Source of the DNA: an uncultured Trueperaceae bacterium
GTDB taxonomy: Bacteria > Deinococcota > Deinococci > Deinococcales > Trueperaceae
Length of the DNA: 64,000 bases
Direction: 5' to 3'
Assembly (NCBI GenBank): GCA_963799485.1
Contig: CAWCXJ010000009.1
Coordinates: 128,001 to 192,000 of the forward strand
This document shows, piece after piece, positions 62,731 through 64,000 of the stretch. Each line of letters starts with the position of its first letter. Within the stretch, counting starts at the first letter, position 1. A model generated the notes under the pieces. That model saw only the letters and a program-made list of their open reading frames with translations. It was not told the origin of the DNA and searched no databases. Made by a program: the position numbers and the translations under genes.

Positions 62731-63756
62731 ATGACCCGTACCAACATTTCCGTTCCGTTGTCGGTGCTCGAGCTGTCCCCCGTCGCTGCGGGCATGACGA
62801 GTTCAGAAGCGCTGCGAAATACTCTGGATTTGGCACGTCACGCCGAACGTTTAGACTTTCACCGCTTCTGGTTGGCTGAACACCACAATATGCCCGGAAT
62901 TGCCAGTGCTGTTCCTGACATCTTAGTTGGACAAATTGCCAGTGTCACAAAAAACCTGCGCGTCGGTTCAGGTGGCGTGATGTTGCCGAACCATTCGGCG
63001 CTTCACGTTGCCGAGACATTCAAGACGCTCGAGGCCCTTTATCCCGGTCGTATCGATTTGGGTATCGGTCGCGCCCCCGGCTCCGACGGCCTAACGGCGC
63101 TCGCCCTCCGCCGCAGCCGTGAGACCTTAAACGCCGACGACTTCGACGAGCAACTTGGTGAGTTGTTCTCTTTCGGTCATGGTGAGTTCCCCGCAGGTCA
63201 TCCGTTTAGCCGGATTCAGGCCGTACCGACCGATGTACCACTACCGCCTGTTTACCTACTAGGCTCTTCAGATTACAGCGCCCGTTTAGCTGGACAACTT
63301 GGTCTCGGTTTTGCCTTTGCCTATCATTTCAGCCCGCACGCCCTGCTGCCTGCGCTGAACGCTTACCGGAGCAACTTTGCCCCCGGCGCACTGCAAAAAC
63401 CACACGCCATCGTAACGGTCTCGGTTTTTTGTGCGCCAACGGACGAAGAGGCGCAGTTTTTGGCCGGGCCGATGCAGCTGACATTTCTCAAACTCCGCAG
63501 CGGTGAACCCATCCGTTTGCCTTCGCCGGAGGACGCGCGAGCCTACCCCTACACGCCACAAGAACGGGCCGTTTTAGAAGCCATCAGCGCCATGCAAATC
63601 GTCGGCAGCCCCGATACGGTACGCGCACAGCTGGGTGAGCTGCTCGAGAAAACCCAGGCCGATGAACTGATGCTCACTACGATGATGCACAGCCACAGTG
63701 ACCGGCTGCGTTCGTTTGAACTGGTTGCGGACGCCTTGCGCGGGGTTGCTGTTTGA
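62731..63756 (+). CDS. LLM-class flavin-dependent oxidoreductase
   Basis: FWLAEHH, GSGGVMLPNHS, GRIDLGIGRAPG, LLGSS; TAGACT 6 nt upstream. Confidence 0.95.
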   Translation: MTRTNISVPLSVLELSPVAAGMTSSEALRNTLDLARHAERLDFHRFWLAEHHNMPGIASAVPDILVGQIASVTKNLRVGSGGVMLPNHSALHVAETFKTLEALYPGRIDLGIGRAPGSDGLTALALRRSRETLNADDFDEQLGELFSFGHGEFPAGHPFSRIQAVPTDVPLPPVYLLGSSDYSARLAGQLGLGFAFAYHFSPHALLPALNAYRSNFAPGALQKPHAIVTVSVFCAPTDEEAQFLAGPMQLTFLKLRSGEPIRLPSPEDARAYPYTPQERAVLEAISAMQIVGSPDTVRAQLGELLEKTQADELMLTTMMHSHSDRLRSFELVADALRGVAV

Positions 63757-63806
63757 AGTGGCGCGAACGGTATTGGAGAAGCGAGGCAGCAGACCTAAAA
63801 GCACGG

Positions 63807-63840
63807 ATTCCCCCGAAGCTGATCCGTCGGGGGAATTTTA
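63807..63840. terminator. Terminator hairpin between convergent LLM gene and tRNA
   Basis: ATTCCCCCGA...TCGGGGGAAT followed by TTT. Confidence 0.65.
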
Positions 63841-63859
63841 CGTGCAAAGCTTGGATTTG

Positions 63860-63934
63860 TGGCTCCGCGGGTAGGGCTCGAACCTACGACCGATCGATTA
63901 ACAGTCGATTGCTCTACCACTGAGCTACCGCGGA
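63860..63934 (-). tRNA. tRNA-Asn (GTT)
   Basis: TCCGCGGTAGCTCAGTGGTAGAGC...CTGTTAA...GGTTCGAGCCC...CCGCGGAGCCA; TTGCCA/TAAACT promoter-like boxes upstream. Confidence 0.98.
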
Positions 63935-64000
63935 ATACGCGCCCACGTAACGTTCAAGCAGGCGAACGCCAGTTTAACAAGTTGTGCATGTGCTTGGCAA

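Noticed and set aside
63860..63934. tRNA-Asn as an island integration site
   Set aside because: No integrase or duplicated tRNA 3' end seen in the window

Overview
GC-rich bacterial chromosome segment. The gene set, the leaderless TANNNT promoters and the strong CTCGAG excess suggest Deinococcota, probably Trueperaceae-like (inference). Left to right it holds: a giant TamB-like envelope gene (one frameshift, runs off the left edge); acyP-trpC-SDR; and glmS with an atypical glmS-ribozyme-like leader. Next is a ~13.5 kb Pel/galactosaminogalactan-like exopolysaccharide locus: Agd3-like deacetylase lipoprotein with 4 Ig-like repeats, GH114, two TolC-like proteins, DUF4874/DUF4832 protein, PelF-like GT4, a polytopic membrane protein and a PelA-type hydrolase. 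It has no pelB/C/D/E in the window and is instead headed by two c-di-GMP-II-type riboswitches with a binding-pocket substitution. Then come an IS5/IS1/ISL3 cluster, an IS-bounded sugar uptake/catabolism island, IS3 remnants, a second GH114, a two-component system with a secreted repeat protein and a second sugar ABC system. The right end has a Mn-riboswitch terC operon, SAM-I riboswitch-metF-metH, an AT-rich DUF2971-like gene, MFS, an LLM oxidoreductase and tRNA-Asn. The best candidate for an undescribed system is the riboswitch-controlled hybrid Pel/GAG locus. All family calls are by motif recognition by eye; no database searches were run.
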